From positions 6,944,001 to 7,008,000 of the forward strand of contig CM120640.1 in assembly GCA_051362555.1 (NCBI GenBank): DNA of 64,000 nt. The letters are read 5' to 3'. This DNA comes from Lingula anatina (taxonomy: Eukaryota; Animalia; Brachiopoda). This document shows, one piece after another, positions 39,801-53,300 of this stretch. Position 1 is the first letter of the stretch. Each line of letters begins with the position of its first letter. The notes beneath the pieces are model-generated. The model was not told where the DNA came from, searched no databases, and saw nothing but the letters and a program-made list of their open reading frames with translations. Made by a program: the position numbers and the translations under genes.

Positions 39801-40197
39801 TCCTATACTGGCAATCTAAGTGTGACCTTGAAATTGACCTTTGACCTACTTTTTATCATGAACTGAACTCTGCTAATTTCTTTCTCTTTTAACTTCAAAC
39901 TTGACAGAGATAGGTCCATAGTTACTCTTGAACTTGAATAGGAAGTCATATACTGGCAATTTACTGTGACCTTGAAATTGACCCTTGACCTACCTTACGA
40001 AGAACTTAAATTTGATTGTACCATATATATTTTTTGCAATAGTTTAAAAATTCTTGTTGATTGCATTTTTACAGCTTGTCAAGCACAAAACTGGCGGCTG
40101 TGTCCCTTATTTTGTGTATGTGGGGGTCTATACGAATGCGTTTGCTCCAGCTGGTGGTACAATATTTGGAGGCGGTATCGCCTCTCTGATCCTCTAG
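36842..40197 (+). mobile_element. Complete Helentron-associated non-autonomous element (HINE-like), copy 2
   Basis: 5' subTIR TTGTACCACCAGC with adjacent hairpin, GC-rich microsatellite (36900-36945), central 146-bp array, 3' subTIR GCTGGTGGTACAA (40150-40162), stem-loop GAGGCG-gtat-CGCCTC (40169-40184), then CTAG and a T run. Confidence 0.85.
37845..39995. repeat. 146-bp satellite array, about 14.7 units
   Basis: CCTTTGACCT at 37941, 38087 and onwards (period 146); an identical block is repeated at a 729-bp offset. Confidence 0.95.
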
Positions 40198-41443
40198 TTT
40201 TAGATGTAAATTTTTAAATGCTGAAGGAAACCATTTAATTTCAAAGCAGGATTGCATGTCATTTGTAGTACATAGATGACAAATTATGTATCAGCCTTAA
40301 GACCATAAAGCCCTCTTCACAGAGGAGGAGTTGTCTTATTACATAAAGATAAAGACATATATTCCAAAGTTAATAACAGGCATTTTAGATAATTAACATT
40401 GGGCAGTAGACATTGATTGATATCTTGGCCACAGGGGCTTGTTCATTTCTTGATTTCACATGGCAAATGTCTATCAGTTTAAAATGCTGATATTCAAAGT
40501 TAAGAATAGATAAATGAAGTCTACCTTTGACTGCAGGTATTGCTTATAGCATGCATATTTTTGTTGTTATATGGAAGCTGGTACAGGTATATTCTTCACT
40601 GCTTTTTAAACTGTTGCTACCTTAAATTAATGGCTGAGTGCTAAATTTTTGGAATTTACCTTTGAGATTAATGGCACCAATCCATTGAGCAATCTTTCAT
40701 TGGTACAAGGTGAGTCACAAATACATAGATAACCTTTTTAGGCTAGTTTAGGGTGGGATGCTGTGTTTGAGAGGTCAAAGAAAAAAGAGATCATTTTGAA
40801 TAGATCAACATGGCGGGGCTGCAAGGGACGCAGGTAAGGAAGGGATTCATAAGTCTTAGTCTTAGTCTTTTAGAGGCCATTCCAGAGTATGTGGGATAAG
40901 AAAAATGAGTTGAATTGGGTTTCAAGGATTTACTAGTAATTTTTTTCTGTTGGGTTTGCAGTTATGGTACTGGATTTCCATTCTCATTTAAGCACCATTT
41001 AATCTGTTACGTAATGTAGTGTAATGCTTGTGCTTTTAAATAACAAACTTTCACATTTTAATGTTTCATCATCTCTGTGGCCAATTTATAGAAGAAACAT
41101 CAAGGAAGTTCTTCCTCCTTAACTAAAAGCACAATAGTCTTTAACCCTGTGTTTGAGAAAAATATTTTCAACGGATTTGGTAAGTTTGTATTTTATGTCA
41201 TGGATGCAATTCCCCTTGTACTTTGTGTTGAGAGATTTATCTCATTCAGTGACGGGGAGAAACAAATCCATGTCTTTAATGAAATTAAGAAGGCAAAAGT
41301 CTGGATTGAGGTAGAGCATGCAATCCATGAAACTTTTTTCATTAAAAGAATTTTTCAAATTAAACATGGTGAATACAAACAATTTTTTCATTCATTTGTT
41401 GTTCTCCTCATTATTTTGAACAACTCATTTCAACTAGCAGATG

Positions 41444-41764
41444 CAGGCCTACCCAACTACCAGACTCACCAAATGATCCCGAATTCACTGGCAGATCGGA
41501 CCACACTACTAGTACCCGTTTTCAAGGTGTGCATCAGTAAGCTTTTCACAGTATCATTACCCGGGACAAATTTTGAGATGAGATGCACTACTTTACAACC
41601 CCTCTCAGAATCATCGCTATCACATGGCATACTAGGCAAGAGCGGTGTCACGTCTGATACTTCGAAGCGCGTACTGATACACACCTTGAAAACGGGTAGT
41701 GTGGTTTGATCTACCGGTGAATTCAGGATCATTCAGTGCCGAGTCTGGTAGTGAGATAGGCCTG
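41444..41764. mobile_element. MITE with 5-bp TSD, copy 2 (same family as 33293-33609)
   Basis: CAGGCCTACCCAACTACC...ATAGGCCTG flanked by a perfect AGATG duplication (41439-41443 and 41765-41769). Confidence 0.85.
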
Positions 41765-44586
41765 AGATGTATGCTTTAATTTTAAATTCTTTATATGCAT
41801 TAAAGTTTAGGCCATCAGCAATTTAAGTTAATAATTAAGAAAATTTTGAATGGATAAAAGAAGTGAAACTATGTATTGTCTTCATCTCATTAACATTTCT
41901 TTATTAATGTAGAATGTCACAAAGACTCAGTTCATTTTTCTCCTGCCATTAAACCCTTAGGAAAAGAAAATGAATTATGTACACGGTTTGTAACAGGTAC
42001 AAGTCAATTAGTGACCTAATTAATACTTGGCCCACCATTGTGTCAATAGTGCATTTAAACCAGTGGAGCAAAATACAGACATGGCTGTGATAAACTCTCC
42101 ATTTCTCACAGTATTGATTGTCATCTGGCTTCAGGTTGCTAAGAAGAGGAAATTGACCTTTAGCATTATAATGTTAGGATTTCATTTGCCATATTCTGAA
42201 GCATAGGTTTCATTATAATCAGCAGAGTTCCAGGTAAATCATGAGTATAAGCTGTTCTTCAGTGTTCTAGAGGGAGCTACACTACACCTGAGCCCTTCCC
42301 CTGCTGAAGGGCAAATTATCTATTTGGAGTGTTACCAAAAATAATCTCTTAATTTTCTGCATACCATGCAAAGAGCAGACTGACGATAAGAGTCCGCTGG
42401 ATCACTGCAACAAGGATTCATTAGAAAACAGTAAGCAGGTAGGGGAGAAAAAACATGGATTACTTGTATGCTGAAGGTTTTAAGTTTCATAAACATACTG
42501 TCAGAGAGAAATCCATACATGTATTTTGTGTTTTGATAACTGTCCTGTAGATATCTGTTACCTGTCTTCTGGATTGATGTGAGGTTTTCTCTGGTTTCAT
42601 GGAAGTTATGAATCAAAATCACAGACCTATCCCTTCTTTCTGAAAACTAACATGGAAAGCCTTTAGTCAATGCTAAATAGAAATAGTAAGATGTCAGTGT
42701 AGATAAGTTTGTATATGCTATTCATACATCATATGAAATGCTTTCACATCCAATATATTATGTTGTGGAGAGGATGCTTAATGAATATTATCAATTGAAA
42801 TATAGCATGGTGCTATCAAAATTGTTGCATAAGTTGCACTTCTGCTTCTCCCAGAGGATCAATCATCATAAGTGTGTGGCTGGGAGTAGGATATGAACCA
42901 GGAAATGTTGTTACATGAATATTAAAGACACATGAATTTATCATCTACTTTGAACAGATCTGAGAATGATTTTCACAGACTTCACAATAATTTCAGTTAC
43001 TGCCGGATGCTTTGTTGGTGATTGTTAGATTATGATTCAGTATGCATGCTTTTTCCTTGACCTAATGTAGTGAGTAGATTGAAGGGACCTTTAGTTTGGC
43101 AGGCATGTGCACTATTCTTGTATGGGTTCATCTTTGATGTTTGCCCTTTAATATGTTTGGTTGTCACCTTGTATTTAGGTATTATTTGTCAAGGAATGGC
43201 AGACTGCAGTTAGGGCTTATTAAGGTGTTCTTTAAAATAAATCATAGGGTAAACACTATTTAATTAATCTGCTTAACATTCCAGGTATTTGTACCTATTG
43301 ATTTATTTAATTTTGCTGAGATTTCTTACTAACAAGATGAAAACAACATGATTTGTTAAGCAAGTTAAAGTCCAGATGATGATGAGAAAATTATTTTCGG
43401 GGTAAACAGATGTAAAGAAGATTTAGATCTATTTTTTCCTTTGCTTCAAGCTGATGAGCTCAGTACTGCGGCCAATTTTCAGCACTTCACAATACTTTCT
43501 TTAATGGTCAGGACTTGCTAAAAATGAACATTGTGGTTTCATTTGTTAACATAACATAAACATGCTGCACTGACCTAAACTGAACCTGTCTGATGCTGGT
43601 ATAAGTACTAGGTTAGAGATTTGTACATGCCACAGAGTAACACTGGCAGTTTGGTCTTGCATTTTGTTTAGTTTAACAGTTCTCTTTTCATTGTTGTGTT
43701 TACACTTAAATGGCAATGATTTCCTGCCTTTGTAAACTGTGTATTGTGTGAAAATGTGTTGGAATTTCTTTTATTTATTTTTTTCCTACAAAATTTCTGT
43801 ATTTAAAAGTTAGGAAATACCACGTACAATCACGCGTACTTTTTTTTTATTTACCTTGTGTGGGTTTAACATTTAAGGGTAGTATAGTATTTGTATATTT
43901 TATAGTTGTTGTCAGTATATTTTATCTGTGATACATGCAAAATGATATCATAACCTTTTGGTTTAAAAACAATTGTTAAGATTAGAAGATTTTGTTTATT
44001 TTCTAATATTTTAAGGTAATCAATTTGCATACAAACATGCATGGATAGTTGACTTTAGACAGCAAAGAAAATGCATTATGATAGTTTTCTGTGTTTTTCA
44101 TTCCAATCTCACTCAAAAAAATACTTGCACATGCTGTAAAACATATTGATTGTTGAGAAGAGAAGCAAAGCATATTTTATTCACATAATCTTGAGAGTGA
44201 CTTAACTACTATTGAGTTGAAAGTCACATGAGACATGCATGCTTGAAAATCCTGCAGTTTCCATTAGATTTCAGCAGCACATAGTCCCAGGACACAGCAC
44301 ATACCAAATGGTGGTGAAGTTCAGCAGCATAAAGTTACAAATATTTTTTTGTCTCCAGAGCTTTATTATGCCAACGTGAGAACCTATTGAAGAAGATCAT
44401 GTTTGTAAGCAAGTGAGCGAACTGTTTTTTTATGATACTGTTGGAAAAATTTTTAATTGCATGAAGAGGGGCTTTGTTATGAATGGCCTCTTTTTTATAC
44501 AATGTGAAGATATGTATAACCTAAAAGCTGCCAGTTAAACATGGTGTAATATCTTTCCTTTCAGGTTTCACGTTGGCTATTGCAAC

Positions 44587-47357
44587 ATGGCTCAAAACAA
44601 GGGCAGTAAGACGGCTGAGCAGAACTCCTTTCCACGCATTGCATCAGAGACTAAACTCACAGAGAAAGACAGTGGTTTAAGCACCAGGCAGGCCAAAAAG
44701 AACTTTGAGCGAACTCAGTCAACATCAGAATTGGCTAAAGAGAGCAAAGGAAAAGAGCGCATTGTGAAGTCTTCGTCATTTGAGAAAGAAGGAAGTGTGT
44801 CAGAGCATTCACAAGTATACTGGGATCTGTCTAAAGCTGTAGAGATGGAAGATTCAAAGCCAGGACGGTTGAAAATTTCTCTGCAGACAATTCATCAAAA
44901 GGAGGAATTGTCAAATGACAAAGCACAAGCCCAACCACAGCAACGAAGATATTCTGTAGAATATAAAAGAACAGCGACGGGATCTTCAACCATATCGACA
45001 TCTTCGTCATCTTCATCAAGTACTCAGCGCCAGGTTATGTCTCCACCAGTGTATACAATTGAAACGATAAGTTCTGGGCCAGCCCTGCCAAAGACACCAC
45101 CACAACCGCAGCCCCCACAACCTATTTCTGCCATTCAAGAATTTTTACCCAAAACTAAGAGAACTCTACAGACAGACTTGGCGGCTTGTAAGACTATTAT
45201 GAAACAAGATATAAAGAAGCTTCAGGATGAAAACCCTGCAGTGCAGTGCGGGGCTCTGCGAGAAATCTTGGGAATCATTGTTGAAGCATGGGGCACTGCC
45301 CATTATGGCCGTGACTTGGCGTATGGACTTTGTGATTTCCTGCGAGTAGAAGGAGGCCTTGATATCATAATAAAGAACTGCAGTTCGGCAAATTATGAAG
45401 TACAGTTGGAGTCCGCCAAAGTTCTTGAACAAACCTTGACAACTACCAATCGCGACTATCTTGTCAATCATGGGTTGGAGGTGGTGCTTACCATGTCCAG
45501 GAAAAATAAGGATGATGCAAACTTGTCTCGTGCAAGTACAGGGATTATCGAGAACTTATTCAAGCATTCAGAAGGAACGTGTGGGAAGGTGATCCATCTG
45601 GGTGGGCTGAATGTGATTCTGTATTCTTGCCGAGCTGCAGATCAGGTCACGCTGAGACACTGTGCAGTAGCGCTGGCAAATTTAGCCATTTATGGAGGAG
45701 CTGAAAATCAAGAAGAAATGATAAAGAACAATGCCCCTGAATGGCTATTCCCCTTAGCATTCAATGAAGATGACAGTATTCGCTATTATGCTTGCTTAGC
45801 AATAGGTGTGTTAAGCGCTAACAAAGAAATTGAAGCTGATGTACTGAATTCAGGAACATTAGAACTAGTGAGTCCTTTCCTTACCACACACAGCCCTGCA
45901 GAATTTGCGTATAGTGACAGGTCACATATACAAGGCCGAGACCAAGAATGGCTGAAGCGCCTCATTCCTGTTTTAAACAGCAAGCGCAAAGAGGCGCAGG
46001 CCCTAGCTGCATTCCATTTTGCAATGGAAGCGAACATAAAATCAGAGCAAAATAAAAAAGGGGTAAGTAATATGGTTTCCTCCCTCTAAAAAAATTAAAA
46101 AATAATAAAACAATGAATTAAAGTATAAGAAAAAAAATGGTAGTGAACAGGCCAGGACAAGTCACCTACTCATCACACTGAAGTATTACTTTTAAAGTGT
46201 TTTCCAAATTGGTGAGTAATAATCATGCCCCCTTCCCCAAAGACCTGGTGATTAACAAAGGTCAAATCTCCTACTTGCACAATGTAAACATGATTTCCAA
46301 ATAATTTCTACTCCATCCCAAAATAATGTATGATGTTTTTATGGATTCAAAGAGTTTTTTCTTTTATGTATTATTTCGTAAATATTCTTCTTTATATGAC
46401 TTATGTAAAATTTTTAATGTTAGCAACTATTACTATGACTACACTCAATCCATTTGGAATGGTTAACTCTTGTATCAAATGCTCGAACAAGTGACTCATT
46501 GTCATTTAGACATGTGTTCATCACAATTCAAGAATCCCACCAATTTTTGGAATTTCTCCTAATATACAGGATAAAGTGAATTTCTTTTCAGCATTGACTT
46601 GCTATGGCATTGTCGGGGGCATTTTTTTCTTGTTTTTGAAGAATTTGCATGGTTACATTTGATTCAGTTATTACTGATCTACAAAACATTGATAATATTT
46701 CAGTCAGATGAATAGAAATCAGGATGTTGAAGTACTTTTGCAGACTGCACGCCCACACTAACTCACCCAATTTATAGGAAAAAATCTGAGATATTTAATA
46801 AAAGAGAATAGATTTTTGCTTGATATACCTACAATAACAGCAGCTGGTCATTTACCTATAATGCTTGCACTTTATGAACAGTTTTCAGGTTCTTGATTTG
46901 GGTCACTTCATCGCTAAATGTGTCCTCATATTGAGTAAATTGATTAACCACCATAAACATTGACCTTTCTGTCTACAAAGCAAAGAAATGTGATAGAGCA
47001 AATTCACTGATTCACTGAATTGTGGCACAGGAATGAAGGTCAGCTTTTCATAGTTCGTGTTCTTAGAGGAACACAGATGAAAAAAACTCTTTTTCTGTTG
47101 ATCATATTTTTATTCAGCAGTACAGGTCATAATTCTTTAAAGATAACATCTTGTTGACATGTCATTGATATTTCTTCTGCCTCAGAAGCTCCTTAAAGAC
47201 TTAATTTTGCTCTCATTTTAACTTTCATTTGTTTCCAAAATTATTTTTACATATGCTTTGTTTGAAAAATTTTATGATAAGGTGATAGCATTATTTTTCT
47301 TTGCACAAATAATCAAATATTCAAACATTGAATGTTTTTCTTTGTCCACAAATGGAG

Positions 47358-47396
<39 letters not shown>

Positions 47397-50300
47397 AGTT
47401 ATTATATATATAAAATAGTCTTAGTGAAATGATCAGTCAGTCTTTTTCAAATATCTGATTTGTGTGAAATTGTGAAGTCCAAGATAAGCTAAAAAAAAAA
47501 AAAATGACCCTTGTGTCATATCAGTGAGTTACAAAAAATTCTTTGGCCTGCATTCACAATATGTTTCATTCAACAAAAATGGAAATGTAGACTAATAATC
47601 CCAGTAAGCCCTAAAGAATGTTAAAGGTGAAGTTGATAGACAACACCAAGCCACTGACACAAGGAAGTAAACCTTCATCTTCATTGATTTCTGTCAGCAT
47701 TTGATGGAGGGATGATCCTAATGGAAGATCTTGTGGTATTGCAGTGTGATGCGTAGGTGTAATTTTGTGCCTGGCCATCAGTTACGGTACTTCATTCTTG
47801 TCTTAAGAACATCCATTTTGTTTATTTATATATGTAAATATTGAATTAAATACTAAATTAAGATTCTGTTTAATTTTTTATACTTCTGTTTATCTTCTAA
47901 ATATTGTTTGATAATTCAACAAATTTATCGTGTACATGGTAGTTGATATCCATAATAATATCAGTTATATAGCTTGAGCTTGTTATGAGAAATTTTTTTT
48001 TTTTTTTTTTTTTTCAAAAAAGATTTTTAAAGAAATAGCCGCTATAGAACCACTGAAAAAAGTTGCTGGTAGCCCCAACAAACTTGCGTCCAAACTTGCA
48101 GCTGAGGCTTTGCGTATAGTAGGAGAGGAGGTCCCACACAGCTTGACGCAGCAGGTGCCCCTGTGGAGTGTGGAGGACGTCAGGCACTGGGTGACAGAGG
48201 TACAGGACTGGAGCAAAATTTAGAAAAAAACTCATTCACAATTTCAGTATTTTCATCTTTGATGATATGGCATATTTGATATTTGATTAACATAGTGATT
48301 TCCCCCCTTATATAGTTATGAGATTTTTCTGACTATCTGCAGATTCCTGACTTCTGGGAGACCAAAAAAAGAACATTTTTGAGAATGATACAGAGGGGCC
48401 CCTAGACCTCATGCTGTATTTTCAGATATTTTCACTGAATGGCAGTCTCATCCCTGCAAACAAACACAAAACTACTTATTTAGGGTTGCTGATTTTTCTT
48501 GATTAAATTTACTATTTGCATAAATTGTTTCTAATTATCATTATCAATGCTCCTGGTGATAACAGTGATAAATAAAAGTCATTCAGTGGTGGCAACATGA
48601 TAGAATTTTACATTTGCATGTGTGATTTGTTGAATTTCAGATTGGATTTGGGGAATATGCAAAAACATTTGTGCAGTTCCATGTTGATGGTGATCTTCTG
48701 CTGTTGCTCTCTGAGCAAAACCTACGAGATGACCTGGGGATGCAGAATGGGATCACAAGGAAAAGGTGCAGTACTGAGTGGTTATCTTTTATAACCGATC
48801 ACTTTCTGTAAGTGTCTTAGGGAAATAGCTTTGTAACAGGTGAAGCTGATTGATGGAATATGATGGCCCAAGGTAAGATATGTTCCCACATAACCTGCAA
48901 TTGGTATACAATGTGCCATTGTGTGTGCAGGTATCAAGTATACTGTTGATTTTGATGAGCTTGATTTAGCATAAAGAAATTTGAAAGAAACGGGGAAAAA
49001 TAGAACAATGGTTGTGTAGGCACAGATTTGGTTTACAGACAGACATGTCCTTGGTTAATACACTTTGGTTGTTACGCAAGAACACATAGGTAAACAAACA
49101 CATTTTATAGTGATGATGCATCACTAAACAGACACATGATTATGTTTTTTTTTTTTCTACCAAAGCAACATGGCAGTTTGAATCATCACCCAGGTGAGCA
49201 GTAGTGAAATGGGAAACACATGCAGCATGTTGAGTTCATTAATTCAAGGATGCCAAGAAATTTTCATTTACTTGGAAAATGCTCTATCCGTACTACAAGC
49301 ATTTATTTTTCCACTATCCCAAGTATCTGCTGCTATTCATAGATAAGTTTGCTCTCACTGGCCAGATGATTTTTTATCCATTTGTAAAGTGACAAATTTA
49401 AGAAGGTTATTCATGAAAATTTAAAGTTTGTCTTTTTACATAGAAATAATAGGAAATATCCTGTGTCTAAAATAACTTAATAAGTGAGACTTATAATTAT
49501 TGCATTAATTTTTTACAAGTGTAGGTAAGATGAGTAAAAAAGGGTGACTCAATGTACAAGATTTTAGACATATCATTTATTCTAGAAAGTCCTTATGGTC
49601 CAAGGGTAAAGATAAGCAGCCATCTTGGGTTAGTTCCTTACAGTTAGGTTGTTCTGTCCTCATAAATCATCAGTTAGTGCTGCAACACTCAACACATTGG
49701 AGTTAAAATAAATTAGCACTATTGACGTTGCTCTGTGGGGATTTATTGTGCTGCTATGCTTTTTTTACAAAAAGTGTGTGTGTGGTTTTTATTCAGATAA
49801 TTTGGGGAAGAATGGTTTTGTGTATTTGCAAAACGTAATTGTAAGTCTATTATATAATGGAGCCACAAATTATTTAAAAATCAGGTATGTTGAAATATAT
49901 TAAAAAAGATTATAACAGAAGAGAAGGGGGTGAGATAAGATACTCTCCCATTTTATGGGTTCTGTCTATGTGCATTACCAGTGAAAACTATTTATTCACA
50001 TGTAACTCTGCTCACATACTGATCAGTGTGTACAGGTAAGTTTGCTAGAGAAAATAGGAAGCATCTGTTTCCCATTTCCCTGTCTGTAAGATCCTACCTA
50101 CAGCTGTTCTCTGAGTTATACAGGTGAATAGGTTTGTTACTTGGAAAGTATGTAGAGGCAACAAGTTGTCTTTTCTATATGCCATCTGCATGTCTGGAGG
50201 ATATATTTATTTTCCCATGAGTTACACAAATATGAGAAAGGGTAGCTAGCACTAACAGGTTTAAGAAACAATAAGTTCATGGCTGGCTTCATAAATTGAT

Positions 50301-53300
50301 CTGTTATCTGATACATCCTTAAGTTTGTTATTCTCTAGAAAGTAAGAGAAAAGGGAGTGGGGTTTTTGAATCATTTTGAATCAATTTTTCTAATAACATG
50401 TTAATGTAAAATGCACAGACATATGTTAAGCTTAACATTCATCAAAATTACTAGTTCCAGCAGCCTTTTTCACTCCCATACAGTCCATGATAATGTAGTG
50501 CAACATTTTAATGACTTTGTTGAATTTATTTTCATTGCTTATTCTAGATTTATGAGAGAGTTAGTCTATCTGAAGAGAACATCAGATTACAGTTGCTGTG
50601 ACCCTACCAAGCTTAATGAATGGATCCTGAAACTGAATCCAGAACTTACAAAATATACGTACCAGATCATCCGCTCAGGTGTGGACAAAAATCTGTTGCC
50701 AGCAATAACAGAGGAGCAGCTACGCACGGATTGCAACATTGAAAATGGCATTGACCGCATGAAGATACTACAAGCGGTCAAAGGTAGCTGTAAGTGTGAT
50801 CCCTTTCGTACTTATTTCAAATTTATGCCTTATTTGCTTCAGTTTGAACTGGGATTTTTGCCAGTATTGTTTGCCAGATCCAAAAATGTAACTCATCTGT
50901 GGAATTTTGTTGCTTCATTGATGAGTTTGTGCAGTTTTGTTGAAGTCTTGGTTTTTAAGACCAGCTTTGTGTACTGATCAGCATGTTGTTGGCATTGTCT
51001 GGCAATTATCCTGTTGGATTTGTGGGCTTGCTTGGTAAATCCTGAAATAATTGTGCGATGTCTGATAATGCTTACAAAGTTTAAGTCTTGGCACTCATTT
51101 TCTTGTTTGATGCATTGGCATGAGCTGCCTATCAGTCTCAAGACTGGTGCCTTTTAGTAGACATTTACCTTGATGAGATCTAACAAGTTCAGTTTTGCAG
51201 TTCAAATATGTGATTAACCTGTACCTGTGTTGAAGCAAATTCTGTTTCTCATTTTTTTATTACAAATTTCACATAAATGAATAATCAAAGAACTTTTATG
51301 AAAATTTGCATTTTAGATAGAAGATTTTCACACTCAGGCTCAGCTGGTAAGATATTTTGATATTTAGATTATTTCAAGAAATATTATAGATATTTTATTA
51401 TAAACCACAATTCTCAAATTTAACATTCAGGATTTACTTCAAAAGATTGCCTCAGCTTGTACCTTACCAGTTGATTCACATGGCACTTAAATCTCCCAGA
51501 GGGGGATATCTATAGAGAATAAATAACACACTTTTCCTAGATTTAAACAAGAGGCACTCTCAGGCAATCTGTGCAGTAAGCAAGCGTTTCTGTCTTAACT
51601 TGATTATTATTGATTTTTTATTACTCTAACCCATCTAACTCACATAATTTATTCTGCTTTTGATTTTTTAACACTATGCAGCAAGTATTGCATCATCTGG
51701 TAAAATTTTATTCCTCTGAATGTGAATGTAAAAATGTTGCTTGCTAGATTATTCTTATTTCAACATCAGAAGTTTCAGAACCAATAAACATGTCTTGTAG
51801 ACGGCAACTGTACAAGAATTTCAACAATCCTAATTTTATTACAAATAAATTTTAATGGCGTGTAAAGTCAAGACTGAAAGGAATGTTCTGAAACTCGAGA
51901 TGTTAGTATCTCATCTGTAGTAGTTGGCTCATCTTGCTTGGCACGAGCAGATTTAAGTGCAACTGCCCCCTCTCTTAAGACCTATGCCAAAAAACATAAA
52001 TGGTACCTGGATGTACTTTTCCAAACTTAATTTGTGGATCATTTTTACATCATTTACTGATCTAGATGTACAAGGAAAGTGCATCTAGTAACTACACAGA
52101 TTTTTTTCTTAAAAATAAAGTCTATATGCACATTCACTTGATCAAAGAAGTAGATATATCTACTTCCGTCACTTAGTATAGCACTACCTGTTTCAAAGAC
52201 ATTTTGGTCCCCTTACCCTAGTACTTTTACTTTAGTTCAGGTATAGTTCTAGTAAGAGATGATGGATGCAACCACAGCTACATATTGATCTTCTGTCATA
52301 CTCTGCACTCATTGTGATCCTTTGAAAATCCATTTGCGCTGATGCCATGTGTATTTCTTCTGTTTCTCTGTTTGCATGTTTGTTTATTTGAGCAAGTACT
52401 AGGAACAAATAACATTTTAAACCATTTTATGGCAGGGATTCCTGTTTAGTATATGGATTTCTGAGTTGAGTGAATCACCTTAAGAAACAGACATCCTTAC
52501 GGCACCAACCCCTCCTTTTGATATTCAATTGAATATTTTAAAAAGATCAATAGGCAGCATTTTTTAATTCAAAAAATTAACTTGACATCAATAAAAAATT
52601 AACAGAGCTTAAGCTTTTTGGAATGGATTGTGATATTGATGTGTTTCCTTGAATTTATGCTTAATGGGCATATTAAGTGACAAGTACTGAATTATAAATG
52701 CCTTTGGACATCAGCAAGAGCTTTGGTTGAAACCAACTTTTATTGATTTTTTACTGCTTTGTCACTCAAGATTACATGTATCAATATGTTTCCTGGCTGT
52801 GTTTACTGATCAGTGCACCGTTTTGATTTGCTTTTTACAGTCATGTCGCCAGGAACACCAGGAAAAGGTACACATTCACTGGGAATTTTCTTGGTGTTGC
52901 ATCTTGATATCTTAATGAAAATGAACCGTGTGAATGCAGTGTCCTTGTTTGTACCCATCTTAGTTTTTTATTTCTAGTTTTTTATTTCTGCCGTGCTGCC
53001 CAGCATATTAAGGATACTGTAAGGATTTATTATGATCCAGAAACCAAAAATGAGTTTCTTCCTGTGTGTAATAATTCAATAAAGCATCTATTTGTGTAGA
53101 TTTAAAAATATAAAAAAACCCTTGAAATATATATAAAATGTGGGTGTCTTTTTTTCTCATTGCTTTATATAAGCTTTTATTGTCAGATTAACACTTTTCT
53201 GTTTTGAAGCGAGATATCAATTGGAATGGGGCGAAACTTCATCTCTGAACAAGATTTAACATGAAAATTGGCACAGTTGACCACAAGCGTAAGGACTTCA

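Noticed and set aside
40810-40833. ATGGCGGGGCTGCAAGGGACGCAG|GTAAGG as a SARM1 first coding exon
   Set aside because: The phase-0 donor is out of frame with the acceptor at 44565; it could only be a UTR exon or uORF.
41149-41709. 186-aa ORF
   Set aside because: Runs through the MITE at 41444-41764, starts at a non-ATG codon and shows no recognisable domain.
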